Source: Euglena gracilis (lineage: Eukaryota). Taken from it: a stretch of 64,000 nucleotides of DNA. Shown here in pieces: positions 1 through 33,414 of the stretch. Below the pieces are notes generated by a model. It worked only from the letters and a program-made list of their open reading frames with translations. It made no database searches and was not told the DNA's origin. Position numbers and translations under genes: made by a program. Location: assembly GCA_039621445.1 (NCBI GenBank), contig CP154954.1, forward strand, positions 17,700,589 through 17,764,588, written 5' to 3'. The first letter of the stretch is position 1. Every line of letters begins with the position of its first letter.

Positions 1-989
1 CAGCCAGGCGTTCTCGGCCTGCTGATACTGCAGCTGCTCCACCAGGCGCGGCGTCACCTCCACCGCCTTGCCTTGCGCCACAGCGGTCGCCTCCACCTTG
101 GCGGTGAAGGCGGCCATCTGCACCTCGACGGCGTTGATCTACCCCTGCAGCTGGACGTTCTCGGCCCGCCACCGCTCCTTCTCCTGCAGCAGCTCCTGCA
201 CGGCGGCCCTGAGGTGCGCCACCTTCACCAGCTCGGTGAGTCCACTCGTCGGCACACCGCTCTTCACCGCCAACACCGCGGCCGCGGCGTTGTCTTCCGC
301 CACCTTCACCTTCGCCCGCATCCTTCTGAGATCTTCACCGAAGTCTCCGAGCACGTCGTGGGTGTACTTCTTCACTCTTGTCATCCGCTCCTCCGCCGTG
401 GCCACCATGGGCATGAGCTTGTGGAGTTGTGATATTCATTGATGTAGTCTGACGATTTCGTCCTTCACCTTCACCACATTCTGCATCAGGTCCACGTGGG
501 CCCCTTCTTGGGCCGCCATTCTTGGGCGCCTTTTCCTCAGCTCTTGCACCGTCCTTGCTCGTCCACCTTGTCCTTCACGGCGGGAGCCATTTGCACGGCC
601 GCCCAGCTGTCCCACATCCCCTTCGCCTTGGAGCCGATGAAGTCGACGCTGTTGCAGAGGCGGTCCATCCACATCTGCAACGCAGCGCATGCACCCTCCC
701 ACTCGGGGGGACCCTGCATGACCTCGTCCGGCTTCTCTTCGACGTCGTACATCTCGCTCTGGTCTCCGGCCGCCAGCCACACCTCGTCGTCATCACGAGG
801 ACCTTCTCCCTGGCGTTGTTGATCACTTTCTCCTTCTCCCTCACCTCCGTCATCTCCTTCGTCGTCGGAGAGGCCCAGCCCCGGCACCTTGTGCGGCCGG
901 ACCGATGATTGTGGGGTGCGGAAATGCGGGTGCACGGCGGTGGTGCTCGGGTGTTCGCTGGGGGACCGGTAGGGAGGCGGCACTCCCAC
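1..989 (-). pseudogene. Interrupted coiled-coil/low-complexity ORF of unknown function, possibly a gag-like remnant of a mobile element; runs off the window edge
   Basis: GC-rich coding-like minus-strand frames (537-989, 139-414 and on to 1) with A/E/K/Q-rich helical peptide (LRAAVQELLQEKERWRAENVQLQG), broken by stops and frameshifts; no recognisable domain. Confidence 0.3.
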
Positions 990-2261
990 CGGTGCGGCGA
1001 TGGCTTAGCTGGACGACGACGCCATCTGCGACGGCGAGGGCCCCGCCACCGGCACAGGTGGCAGAGCAGACGGCATGGACGGATGCACGGATGGGATCAG
1101 ACCAGCCACGGGGACGGGGATCCCGTCTCGGCCCTCGGACTCGCCAGGGCCCAGCTCGTGGGCGGGGTGATAAGTGATGGCCCGCATGCCCTCATCAGGG
1201 CTCCTCGGTGGCCCGAGGCTGGGCACGGGCACCGGCAGGCCTGCGAAGGCCCGCTCACTCTGCAGCTCCTGGACGCCCCACAGGTAGGGCACCTCGGACA
1301 GGAACGGGAACGGGAAGGGCAGAAAAAGGATCAGCTGGGGGAACGGTGGGGCCCCGGGGAAATCTGAGAGGGTGGGGCCCCGGGTGGTCGCCAGGGGGTC
1401 GGGTCCCAGCTCCTGGGCTGGGCTGATTTCGGGAACAGGAGGGGGACTTGGGACGAGTCTCGAGGGCTATCGACTAGGGACACGGATTGGAGGGGGATGA
1501 GTGGGAGTTGGGGTGGGGCTGGGAGCGCGGGAAACGGGGATTGTGGGGATGGGAGTGGGGATGGGGCAAGGGATCGGGGGGTCCTTTTCGAGGTGTTTTC
1601 TTGCGCTTCCTGAGGGTTATCGGAAAGACTTGCGGTGGGGGCTACCACTTCGGAGTCCGCCGCAAGGGTTGGGATCTGTGTCCCAAGGGTCTGTGTCCCG
1701 GTGGGCTGTAGCCTCTTCATTTGTGGAAAATTCTGGGGAGGTGTGTACGCTTTGCATTTCAAAAAGAAGGCACTCGAGAAAATGGCCTTTAATGGAAAAC
1801 GTAGAAGGAACAAGCTTCTGCTACCAGTTTTCCCCTCTCGCCGGTTCGGTGACCGTGCGCGGAATGGGCTCCCGGGCGGCCGAGTGGGGGAAAAACGTCA
1901 CCCGACGCTCCGGTAAAAAATAGGCACACGCGCCCCAAAAATTCCCTTTCTTTGTGTCTTTCGGTCCCTGAATTAAGCCAGACCCTGGGTTCCGGCAGCC
2001 AAGTAATTCAAAAAATGGGGGGGGCGGTATTTTTGGCCAACTCCTTGGGGGTGTCTCTAAAGCAGTAGGGGGGGGTGAAGAAAAGCCTGGTTTGAATTTT
2101 AGAAAAGGGTAGCGGGCGGGGGGGGGTAGCGGAAAAACACCTTCACCTTGCTTCCCAGCACTGCTTGCTCTTCCTTCTTTCGAAATTGATTTCCTGCCTT
2201 TTGTTTGACCTTCCGAAGTGACTTTTTGAAATTCTTGGACAATTGTTTTCTCAAATTCAGA

Positions 2262-4365
2262 TTAATATTTTGTTTTTTCTTGATTCAACACGCACAATTC
2301 TTTGAATAAACCATTCGGAAAAGAGAACCTGGGGGGGTGAAGTGCACAGGTAAAAAAAGTAGCGGAATGGGGCAGAAAATTCGCTAATTCAGGTGCGCAG
2401 GCGCCAGGCCACCTCCCACCGCCCCACACGGCTGGCCTGTGCATAATTGGCTGGGACACTGCAATTTCTGGGATTCTCTGACCCAAAAAATGCTGGCTGG
2501 TTGACTGAGCCGGCTCCTGTATGATGGGCTTGGCTGGCCCGTGTATGCTTCGCTGGGCTGGCCCTTGCAGGATTGGTTGTGGCTGGGCTAACTCCTGCCA
2601 AGCTGACTGAGCTGGTGCCACAGCTGGCTGGGGCTGGGCTGGCCCCCCGACTGTTGACTGGGGCTGGGCTGCCCCTCCGACAGCCGGCTGTTGCTGGGCT
2701 GGCCCTGCGTTTGGCTGGTGCTGGGCTGGCCCTGCGTTTGGAAATGTAATTATCAATTTAAATTGCAAACGGGCTTCAAGTCCCAAAACTCTCGTGGGTA
2801 AAAACTTGCTGACTCATTTCTGCTGGCTGTGGCTGGCACTGAGCTGGCGTTGGGCTGGGCTGTGCAATTCCACTCATAAATTGCGACTCAGCCCGCCTAA
2901 TTTCCAGACCCCCTGGGACTGAAAATTGTTGAACACCAGCGTCACACCTTGCCACTTCGTCGTCTTGCTTGCTGGGATTCTGGTCCCGTCGGCCTTCCTC
3001 GTTCAATTGATAATATGTCGGTCCGCTGCCAATTGAACTTCTGGCCTCCACAGGGCCTCGGTCCTCTTGGCCCTCTCGCAGCACCTGAGGCATGGACGCC
3101 TGCAACAAACTGGAATTCTTTTCAAATAGGTTGGGAGGCAGCAGAAAACTTTCATGGTGACCCAGATTGTTGTAATCAGCAAAAAACGCCTGGGGTTCCG
3201 TCTGGGTCACCCCTGGCTGCCCTCTCACTGGGGCTGCAGCAGCTGGCCCTGCCATAGGGCTTTCCAAAGACAGGTTTTCCCCCTGTTTGCGAATGATGGG
3301 GGAAGGTCTGTGTCTGCAGTGGGGAGGTACATATAAAACTGGGCTGATTATCTTCTGGGGGGGGGGGGCCTGTCTGAACCAATCTTGGGCCTCCCCCCCA
3401 AGGGCTGATGTGGTGTTGGTCTTGATTGTATTGGCCACCATTTGTCTTCAGGGCCATTTGGCCTCCATTGGCACTCAGGCCTGTTTGGCCTTCATTGGCC
3501 TTCTCTCCAGGACTTCTCTGTCCCTCTTGATTCCCCATATAGGCCACCATGGCCTGTTTTTGGCATTGGCCTGCTGATCCTGGGGGGTTTGTGTCTGAAA
3601 TTGCTGGAGGGAAAGTTGGACATACCTTTCCCCAATGGGATCTTCCCAGGTTGGGGTACTGGCTGCCATAGCCTTGCCCCTGGGCCCACTGCCCTCTTGA
3701 ATGATGGCTGCCATAGCCTTGATTCTGGACCCCAGGTCCTTTTGGATGATGGCTGCCATAGCCCTGATGATGACTTGATATTTGTTGATAGTTTGTTGAA
3801 AGGCTGCTATAGCCCTTGCTTTGTCCCCTGGAAGGGGGGGGCATAGAAAAGGGGGGGTAGTCTGTTGGACCTGTGATGGTATTCCCCTTCTGTCTTCTTG
3901 TCCTCCTGACCACAGTTGTCCATGTTCCATGGTCATTCTCATGTTGAGAGGGGGATTTTGAAATATCTGATGCGGTGGGGGTGGGGGGGTTGCGATGGCC
4001 ACGGACAGGTGTGTTGCTGCCGCCCCTCCAGCTTCTGCAGCTGCTGCTGTGTCTCCACCTTCCCCAGCTTCAGCTGACTTCTTGGAAGTTCTTTGAAGTT
4101 CTTCTTAAAATTTAGAGTTTTTTTGAAATTCATTCTTCATGGAAGTCCAGTTGTTGGTCTCTGTTGTGGCAATTGCAATACTTCTGGGAATAATTCCAGT
4201 TGAACTCGAAGAGTTGAATTCTTCCGTCAGGAAGTTGAAGTTCCGAAAAAGTTCGGTCCACCAGTTGGTAAAAGTGATGGTCGTTGGGCAAGTAGTACTC
4301 CTCGTAAAATGATTCCACTTGAACTCGTAAAGGTAATACTCTTTCTCCTTGAGGTCGAAGGGCAG
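2262..4365 (-). pseudogene. Frameshifted Gln/Pro/Gly-rich ORF divergent from the YR-retrotransposon pol, possibly its gag-like ORF
   Basis: Consecutive minus-strand frames (LRPQGERVLPLRVQVESFYEEYY..., AIATPPPPPHQ..., QGYGSHH repeats, AGPAQQQP repeats) that begin beside the element's left repeat; no diagnostic motif. Confidence 0.3.
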
Positions 4366-4637
4366 AAATAGGAATCAGCCAACTCCGGCAACAAAAAGAA
4401 ATAGGAATCAGCCAACTCCGGCAACAAAAAGCAGTAAGAAGCACCCCCCGCGCACGCACAAACACACCAGAACAAAACAGCCGGCAAGGAAAGCAGGACC
4501 TCACCATCTCGAAGTGCGGAGCCCGAATGGTCTTCCTAAAAAACCTCCAGAAACGCGCACTCCCGCGAGAATAACCGACCAGGAAGATATGGAAACCGAG
4601 GGCGGAGAACGAAGACCAGAGTATCTCTCTGCAAACA

Positions 4638-5780
4638 GTGATGATTACAAACAATGATGGGGCAGCCAGGGGGAAGGACCCCAGTGATGGGCCTGTGGAA
4701 TCCCGAGACACGTTACACCCAGGGGTACCCCCTTACAAAGCCCTGCAGGCCAGCATCCCCCATTGGGTCAAGGCAGGAGCCAGCAGAGAGGTATTGAACC
4801 TGATAAGGGGAGGGGTCATGGCAGATCTTCCCCTCACCCCTCAAATGTCCTTAAAAGTTCCCTTCAAAACCCGCCAAGAGATAATGACTGCCCAGAAAAT
4901 TCTCAGAGAATACGAATGTGCAGGGGCAACCAGGCAAATCCCCCCAGAGGAGGCAAAAGATTTTGTCCCTTACTTCATCATTTCCAAAAAAGAAGGGAAG
5001 AAGACAAAGGAGAGACTGATTTCGGATTGTCGACAGTTAAATCTCCATTTCACCCCCCAGAAGCTCAGATTGGAACACATGGGAAACATCTTCCCACATC
5101 TAAGAAAAGGTTGGTTCTGTGGAAAAATAGATCTGAAGGATGCATATTTCCACTTAAAACTGCACAGCAGTCTGGAAAAACATGTTTGCATGCAGGTGGG
5201 GGGGGGGGAACGTGGCAATTTCAAGCTGCATGCTTTGGTATAAGCAGCCTGCCACAAAAATTTATGACTCTCATGAGAGTCTGGGAAAGGAAATGGAGAA
5301 AGGAAGGAAAGGTAGTTTTCATCTACCTGGACGACATTTTGCTGTTAGCCCCCAGCAAAAAGACAGCAGCCCAACATTTGGCAGATATGCAAAAAGATCT
5401 TTTACTGGCAGGTTTCAGAATAAACCTCCCCAAATCATGTCTGGAACCAAAACAAGAAAAAAAGCATTTGGGCCAGTGGATCAATTTGAAAAAAGGCCAA
5501 CTGGAAATTCCACAGGAAAAACTGAAATCCTTAAGAAAGGAATTAGGAAAGGTGCTGACAGCACAAAAAATGAGCTGCAGAAAACTCAGCTCTATTGCAG
5601 AGCAAGTAAGAAGCTATTTAGTTTCAATTCCTTTTCTCAGAATTCTGACAGATCAACTTTGCAAAATGGTGGATTTGCACACCAAGTGGGGTTGGGACCA
5701 CACCTTGACCATTCCCCAAGCGGTCAAAGACCAAATTGTGGAGTTAAAGACATTTTTGCAGTCAGGTGTGGGCAGAGCAT
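4638..5780 (+). pseudogene. DIRS-type reverse transcriptase (frameshift at G run ~5198-5208)
   Basis: Motifs RLISDCRQLN, KIDLKDAYFH, QAACFGISSLP, FIYLDDILL, GFRINLPKS. Confidence 0.92.
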
Positions 5781-6224
5781 TTCAATCCCAGGCCTCTCAG
5801 GAACTCTTCTCAGAGAGCAGCACCTGGCAATGGGGGGGGGGGGCTGGACAAAGATTCAGGACAAAAGGTGCAGGATTTTTGGAGGGACCTGCATGTCCTT
5901 CACATCAATCAAAAAGATTTGCAGGGTGCAGTGGAAACTGTAAAATCTTTGGCCAAACCAAAGCAAACAATTGTGCTTCATGTGGACAGTCAGGTGGCTG
6001 TCAGTTATTTAACAAAATGGGGAGTCAAAAAGCCATACCTAAATTCCATCCTAAAACCCCTGTTGTATCATTGTCAGGAAAATCAAATCAATTTGCAGGT
6101 GGTTTGGGTTCCCACAAGAGAACAATTGGCAGACTCCCGGACCAGGGAGCAAAAGGACCCAGGGGATTATACCCTAAACCTGAACATCTTTCACCAAATT
6201 CTTCAGTTCTTCAGAATGGAGTAA
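5781..6224 (+). pseudogene. DIRS-type RNase H domain (frameshift at G run ~5832-5843)
   Basis: LFSESSTWQWGG, HINQKDLQGA, LHVDSQVAVSYL and WVPTREQLADS match the DIRS RNase H pattern D(A/S)S..GWG / HIN..E / D(N/S) / N..AD. Confidence 0.8.
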
Positions 6225-6287
6225 AAACACATGCAAAAAATAACACGAACATGTGTTTATTGTTTTACTTTGTTTATTGTTTTTCAG

Positions 6288-6542
6288 AGATTAATGTTAA
6301 ACCCAGACCTAACATGTCTGTTGATCGTACGCCACTGGGCTTCGACATCATGGTGGCGCCAATTAATGTCAATCAGGCAGCCAGGCAGCAAAGTTTTGCT
6401 GGTACCCCCCCAATGGGGTATATTCACCAACTGCTGGGGGGAGGAGATGCACCCCCCAAGGTGTAATTTGGCCTGCTTGATTGTGTCAGGCAAATATTAC
6501 AATCCCAGGAAGTTTCGATGTCCAGTATCGACACTTACATAA
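6288..6542 (+). pseudogene. C-terminal remnant of the pol-fused methyltransferase-like domain, catalytic core missing
   Basis: CLLIVRHWASTSWWRQL resembles the (I/L)VAPxWxxxxW(F/W)xxL tail of DIRS MT domains; no DxFA or NPP(F/W) motif is present. Confidence 0.5.
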
Positions 6543-7018
6543 AAAAACTGGGAAATGTCAAAAGATATGACTCAGCCTTCAGGGCATTGGTGGGCCAGTT
6601 GTTGCACAAAGGGGTGCCCCTGCAGGGTTGCACAATCCACAGGATGGCTGAAGCCATCCTTGATCTTGCTGTTCACAGCATCAATACTGCACGAAATGCA
6701 TATGCAGCAGCCTTGTAACTCCCAGGGTTTGGGTCATTGAGATTTTCACCCCTTCTGGCTCCATTGAAAAGGAAATGGAATTCCAATGTCTGCAAGTATG
6801 CCCACTTTTGGGACCCCACTGATTTCCTAGAAAACATCTTGAGGAATTCAACACCTCTCTCAGACCTTTCTGTGAAAGAGCTCAGAAACAGACTCATCAT
6901 CTGTTGGAGGCTTTTGGCCCACCACGGGGGGGTTGATCTAGCCAGGACACAGCGAAAAATTTCGTGGGAGAAAAAATTGTCATTTCATTGCAAAGGAAGG
7001 GGTGGCAATTCCCAAGGT

Positions 7019-8280
7019 GTGTTGGGGGATGTGCTCTCATTCTGGGGTTTTGCCTTTTTTGTGCCCCTACGCCTCTGGTTATGAACTGGGCGGATCCTGA
7101 TTTCCTGGTTCAAATGGCTTGACAGTGCTGTGCCCAAGAAAAAGGGAAGAAGCACATTGAAAAGGGCCGCCGCAGGGGCAAGAGTTTAACGATCCTACGC
7201 CCTGAGTTCGAAGGACCATTCAGTGGAATTGGGTGGTGCCTTTGGACGAAACATGGTAGCAAGAGGCAGCCTGCAGCAGCCAAAGTCAGAAGACTATCAC
7301 GTTGATGGTCAGCTGGTCAAATTGATTTGCCAGAAGTTGGAAGTCACTCCAGATGTTGATGCTTTCAGCAAGCTGGCAACCAGAAGATTCCCCAGATTTT
7401 GGGGACCCGATTCCCCAGAGAATGAAGATGCATTCCGAAGAAGTTGGTCAGATGATGTGATTTGGGCCAATCCACCATTCTCAAGATTGAAGGATGTTGT
7501 TTGGAAATGGCAAGAAGATCAAGCACATGGGATCATCGTTGCTCCAAAATGGCCCACAGCAATTTGGTTTGATGACTTGATGTCTATGGTCATTCGTGGA
7601 CTTGGATTTCCAGGAGGCAGTGAGTTTTTTTGGCTTGATGCCTGTCCAGCTGGTGCATTGAAATGGGATGTGCTGGCTGTTTACATTGTCGACTCACAGA
7701 AATTGCTGCTGAGGAGATGCAAGTTTCAAGTTTTGAGCTGAAGATGTCCAAGTCTGCAAAGCGAAAAGCCAGGAAGAGGACCCTTGAGGGGTGCCTGGAG
7801 AGGTGTTTGGATGGGATTTACAGTTGATCTGAAGTTCCTGGACTACCTCTACTTCTTGTGCTTGTGTTTTTGTTCGCATCTGTGTGCTGAGGCTGGGTGA
7901 GTAGGGGTCCTGTGCCCAAAAGGCCGTTCCCCGAAGCCATGCCAAAGCCCAGAGTGCACTGTGTCTGACCTCTTCGCTGGGGGATGAATTGGGGAAAAGA
8001 AAACATTTTCGAGCACACCCTAATTTTTCCTGTCAAATCGTGCCTCCGTTTTGGAGTCGGCTACGATTTTGAGTAGGGGGGTGTTGGGGGATGTGCTCTC
8101 ATTCTGGGGTTTTGCCTTTTTTGTGCCCCTACGCTTCTGGTTATGAACTGGGCGGATCCTGATTTCCTGGTTCAAATGGCTTGACAGTGCTGTGCCCAAG
8201 AAAAAGGGAAGAAGCACATTGAAAAGGGCTGCCGCAGGGGCAAGAGTTTAACGATCCTACGCCCTGAGTTCGAAGGACCA
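7019..8280 (+). repeat. ~200-bp near-identical direct duplication (7019-7218 and 8081-8280) bracketing the MTase ORF
   Basis: Both copies run gtgttgggggatgtgctctc...gagttcgaaggacca, with weaker similarity continuing to ~7252 and ~8315. Confidence 0.95.
7223..7741 (+). CDS. Dam-like DNA N6-adenine methyltransferase domain of the type carried by DIRS elements
   Basis: Uninterrupted frame with PDVDAFS, EDAFRRSWSDDVIWANPPFSRL (NPPF catalytic motif) and GIIVAPKWPTAIWFDDL; start codon uncertain. Confidence 0.8.
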   Translation: MELGGAFGRNMVARGSLQQPKSEDYHVDGQLVKLICQKLEVTPDVDAFSKLATRRFPRFWGPDSPENEDAFRRSWSDDVIWANPPFSRLKDVVWKWQEDQAHGIIVAPKWPTAIWFDDLMSMVIRGLGFPGGSEFFWLDACPAGALKWDVLAVYIVDSQKLLLRRCKFQVLS

Positions 8281-9685
8281 CTCCGAAGAAGTGGGTGGTG
8301 CCCTTGGACGAAACAGATGGGTGGAAGTTTTGAATTTGCCACACATCCCCCTCATAAGCCCCTGGCTCTTATTGAAAGAGTATGTGGAAAGGACAGCCCA
8401 CATGGTTGGGCACAAAAATAATTTGTTGTGGTCTTTGGATGGTAAAAGACCTTTGACATCAGAAAGGGTGAATTCCCTCACCAAAGAAATTCTGCAGGAC
8501 GGGGGGGTGGACACCACCCACTGGAAACCCCACAGCACCAGAGGGGCTGGGGTTTTATGGTGGAAAAATGCTGGGTTGCAAGTGGAAGAAGTCCAGCAGT
8601 TTGGTCAGTGGAAAAATTTTGGGGTCCCTTCCAAGCTCATTATTTGCGACTTGGAGTCGCATCAAAAATTCAAACAATTATGGCCCAAAGGGGGGTGCAC
8701 AGTACCTCACCATCTCGCAGTGCGGAGCCCGAATGGTCTCGGACTCCCACGAAAGAGGAAGGGGGAGGAAGGGACCAAGAGGGCGAAGCACAAGAAGATG
8801 GTGAGCCCAACCCTCCCGCCCAAAAAATCAGCAGAAAAAGAAGGACACCCCAACCAGAAAGGGGACCCCCAACCAAGCAGCCATGGGAGAGGGGGGGGGG
8901 GGCGGGGCCACAACGGTTCAGCTTCGCCAAGGTGTCGGAGGAGGCCTCATCAACGCCAACTCCGGCAACAAAGGCGCAGTAAGAAGCACCCCCCGCGCAC
9001 GCACAAACACACCAGAGCAGAATAGCCGGCAAGGAAAGCAGGACCTCGCCATCTTCTTGTGCTTCGCCCTCTTGGTCCCTTCCTCCCCCTTCCTCTGTCG
9101 TGGGAGTCCGAAACTGATTTTTCACCAAGACTTTCACCCTTGTGGGAGTGCGACTCTTTTTGCCGCTTCGTGAGGGAAACCTGAAATAGAATGTGACAGC
9201 ATAAGCCCGCAAACAGCAGGAGGTCTACATAATGATTGGCTTTGTGCCAGTTGAAGTAAAAGCTGGCGACTCACCTTGTGCGGTTGATGTGGTTCCCATG
9301 GGTGGGTCAACAACCTTGCGCCCTGGTGCTGTCCTTGCCCTCTTCTCACTTTTCTGTTTGGAGGGGTTGCATGGCGCGGGCACAGCGCCACGACTTGAAA
9401 AATTCTAATGTGACTTCGCCACTGCCCCCCCGGGGGGGATTCGTTGTTTGAGGCTGCCCAAAGTCTTCTTGACGGGAATAATTCCCTCCTGAGCATTCAT
9501 TGCTCAACCACAAAAAGCGACGGCCGCATCTGAAATGCTGCGCCGCAAGGAATGGAAAAGTCAAAGTGGCGTCCCGCGGGGGCGGCAGTCAGTCGAGGGT
9601 CCCGGCGACAGGCGGGGGTTGGGTGGGGCGGAGTCGCGTGTGTGGGTGCGCGGCCCCGGCGGCCGTAACAGTGCCGGCGGCCCCG

Positions 9686-31781
<22,096 letters not shown>

Positions 31782-31820
31782 CTGCAAGAGAATAAGGAGT
31801 GAAAGACAGCGATGGACGTC

Positions 31821-32177
31821 CAGGGCGGTGCTCAACAAAACTAGAAAACCTCTGCTGTCCCAGCACATTCCAACTAAATATCCAAATGTTCCCACCCATC
31901 AGAAGCCCTTTTGTTTCAAAACGGCTTTTCGGCAAAACGGCAAAAAATGCCGTTTCGCCGTTGGCAAAACGGCGAAAAAGCCAAAAGGGCGAAATGAAAC
32001 ACATACGGGTGGGAACATTGGAAAAAGGGCAAAAAAAAAAAACTGGCAATTTATTGGCAAAACAAGTGGACGGCGTGTTTCTCCAGTCCGGCCATAAGCC
32101 GGTTCTTCGGCCAAAGGTCCTCCAGGGCCAGTCCCTGACAGGGAAAAAAAACAGCCTGTCCCTTGTAGACCGCCCGC
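31821..32177. mobile_element. Diverged MITE related to family B
   Basis: cagggcggt...ctctgctgtcccagcac start and cctgtcccttgtagaccgccc end. Confidence 0.6.
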
Positions 32178-32832
32178 GGAGAGCTATGTGTGAGGAGAAA
32201 AAACTGATCACACCTTCAAATTAACATTGCGAAAGTTTTGGTGTGTGCGTGCTGCCTGTAACTGCAGGTTATTCCATACCTGTTTGAAGGGGACCGACTC
32301 TCCACCGTTTGGACAACGTGATGTGATGGAAAATTAGGCGACGATTGTGGCATAAAAAAAATTCAGAACTCTGCAGCTATCAGACGGATCAAAAATGTGT
32401 GTCAAGCGATGGAACACTCACATGACACATCAATTTTCCGTTTTTCCCACAATGATGCCTCGTTTTTTCCTCAGAAAACATGCAATGCACCAGTTTTTGT
32501 GCACAATATCAGGGTGCTGAGTCCCATTGTTTTCACGCAACCCAACCAGGTGCAAACATTCAATGTTCTCTCCCTCCAAAACAGTGAGTTTTGTGGCCAC
32601 CTCGGTGGATAACAATGCCACCTCGGTGGGGGGCTGCTGAACCAGGGGATTGATGACAGTTTTGTGGATGCTTAAGTGCGACCCCCTATCATCACCTGAT
32701 GTGACTGGTGCAGCAAAACGCAGGCCAGGGGGCAAGGTGCATGGGTTTTGGAGGGCCACCCCTTGCCCAAGCGGCGCCGTTGCACGTGTGCCATGACGTG
32801 CAAGCGGCGGGCCACCTACTGGAGGCCTACAG

Positions 32833-33414
32833 CAGGGGGGGGAATTGATATCCGCAATTTTTCCGCAATTTTCCGCAATTTTCCGCAATTTCCGCAATTT
32901 TTCCGCAATTTCCGCAATTTTTCACCATTTTTTTGAAGAATTTTTTCCCCACCACCGAAGATGGAAGATGCAATGAGTTCAAGCCATTCTTCAAATGGAT
33001 CAACAGGTGTGCTATTGTTTTTTTTGTCCCCCCCATTTACCAATTTTTCTCACAGGTGCACCACTGGTCACAGGATTGGGTGCGTCCCACCTGTGCAAAG
33101 AACATCAAGCGTGTTGATTTGTGCTCGCCTGCATCGACGTGGGTGTTGCGGTGTTCTGAACCTCACAATTGAAAAATTTCTAAGTCCCCCCAAGCAGAAA
33201 TGTGTACACCCGATATCAATTTTTCCTTTTCCGCATTTTTTTTCCGCAATTTCCCGCAATTTTTTATAAATTAATGAAAGGGGGGGGTAGGGAGGAAGGA
33301 AAGAAAAAGGTATGATAATACCAGGTAGAATAAGAAACAGGTTTCGTGGATACGGTTGTGAAGTGGAACAAGGGAATTTTTCCGAAGGCCTCCAATATCA
33401 ATTTCCCCCCCCTG
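32833..33414. mobile_element. MITE (TIR cagggggggg-aattgatat) with internal ttccgcaatt tandem repeats
   Basis: Inverted ends; cctacag duplicated on both flanks. Confidence 0.8.

Larger units (their letters stand above)
6518..8700 (+). pseudogene. Tyrosine recombinase, split by a putative GT-AG intron 7017-8316; contains stops and frameshifts
   Basis: WRLLAHHGGVDLAR (catalytic Arg region degenerate), QRKGWQFP|RWVEVL across the intron, SLDGKRPLTSERVNSLTK, WKPHSTRGAG (HxxR), GQW, FQAHYLRL (catalytic Tyr). Confidence 0.85.
4365..9112 (+). mobile_element. DIRS-like tyrosine-recombinase retrotransposon, degraded
   Basis: RT-RNaseH-(MT remnant)-YR order; sequence at ~4410-4532 recurs at 8706-8739 and 8955-9054; 8740-8805 is inverted at 9046-9110. 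The left boundary is uncertain. Confidence 0.9.

Noticed and set aside
32268-32320. cag|VIPYLFEGDRL as an upstream hydroxyacyl-CoA dehydrogenase exon
   Set aside because: Only a loose resemblance; stop codon follows quickly and no linking exons (MGP...DxVGLD) were found.
32430-32820. Minus-strand open frame (…TVINPLVQQPPTEVALL…)
   Set aside because: No recognisable domain and not DDB1-like; possibly a transposon remnant but unsupported.
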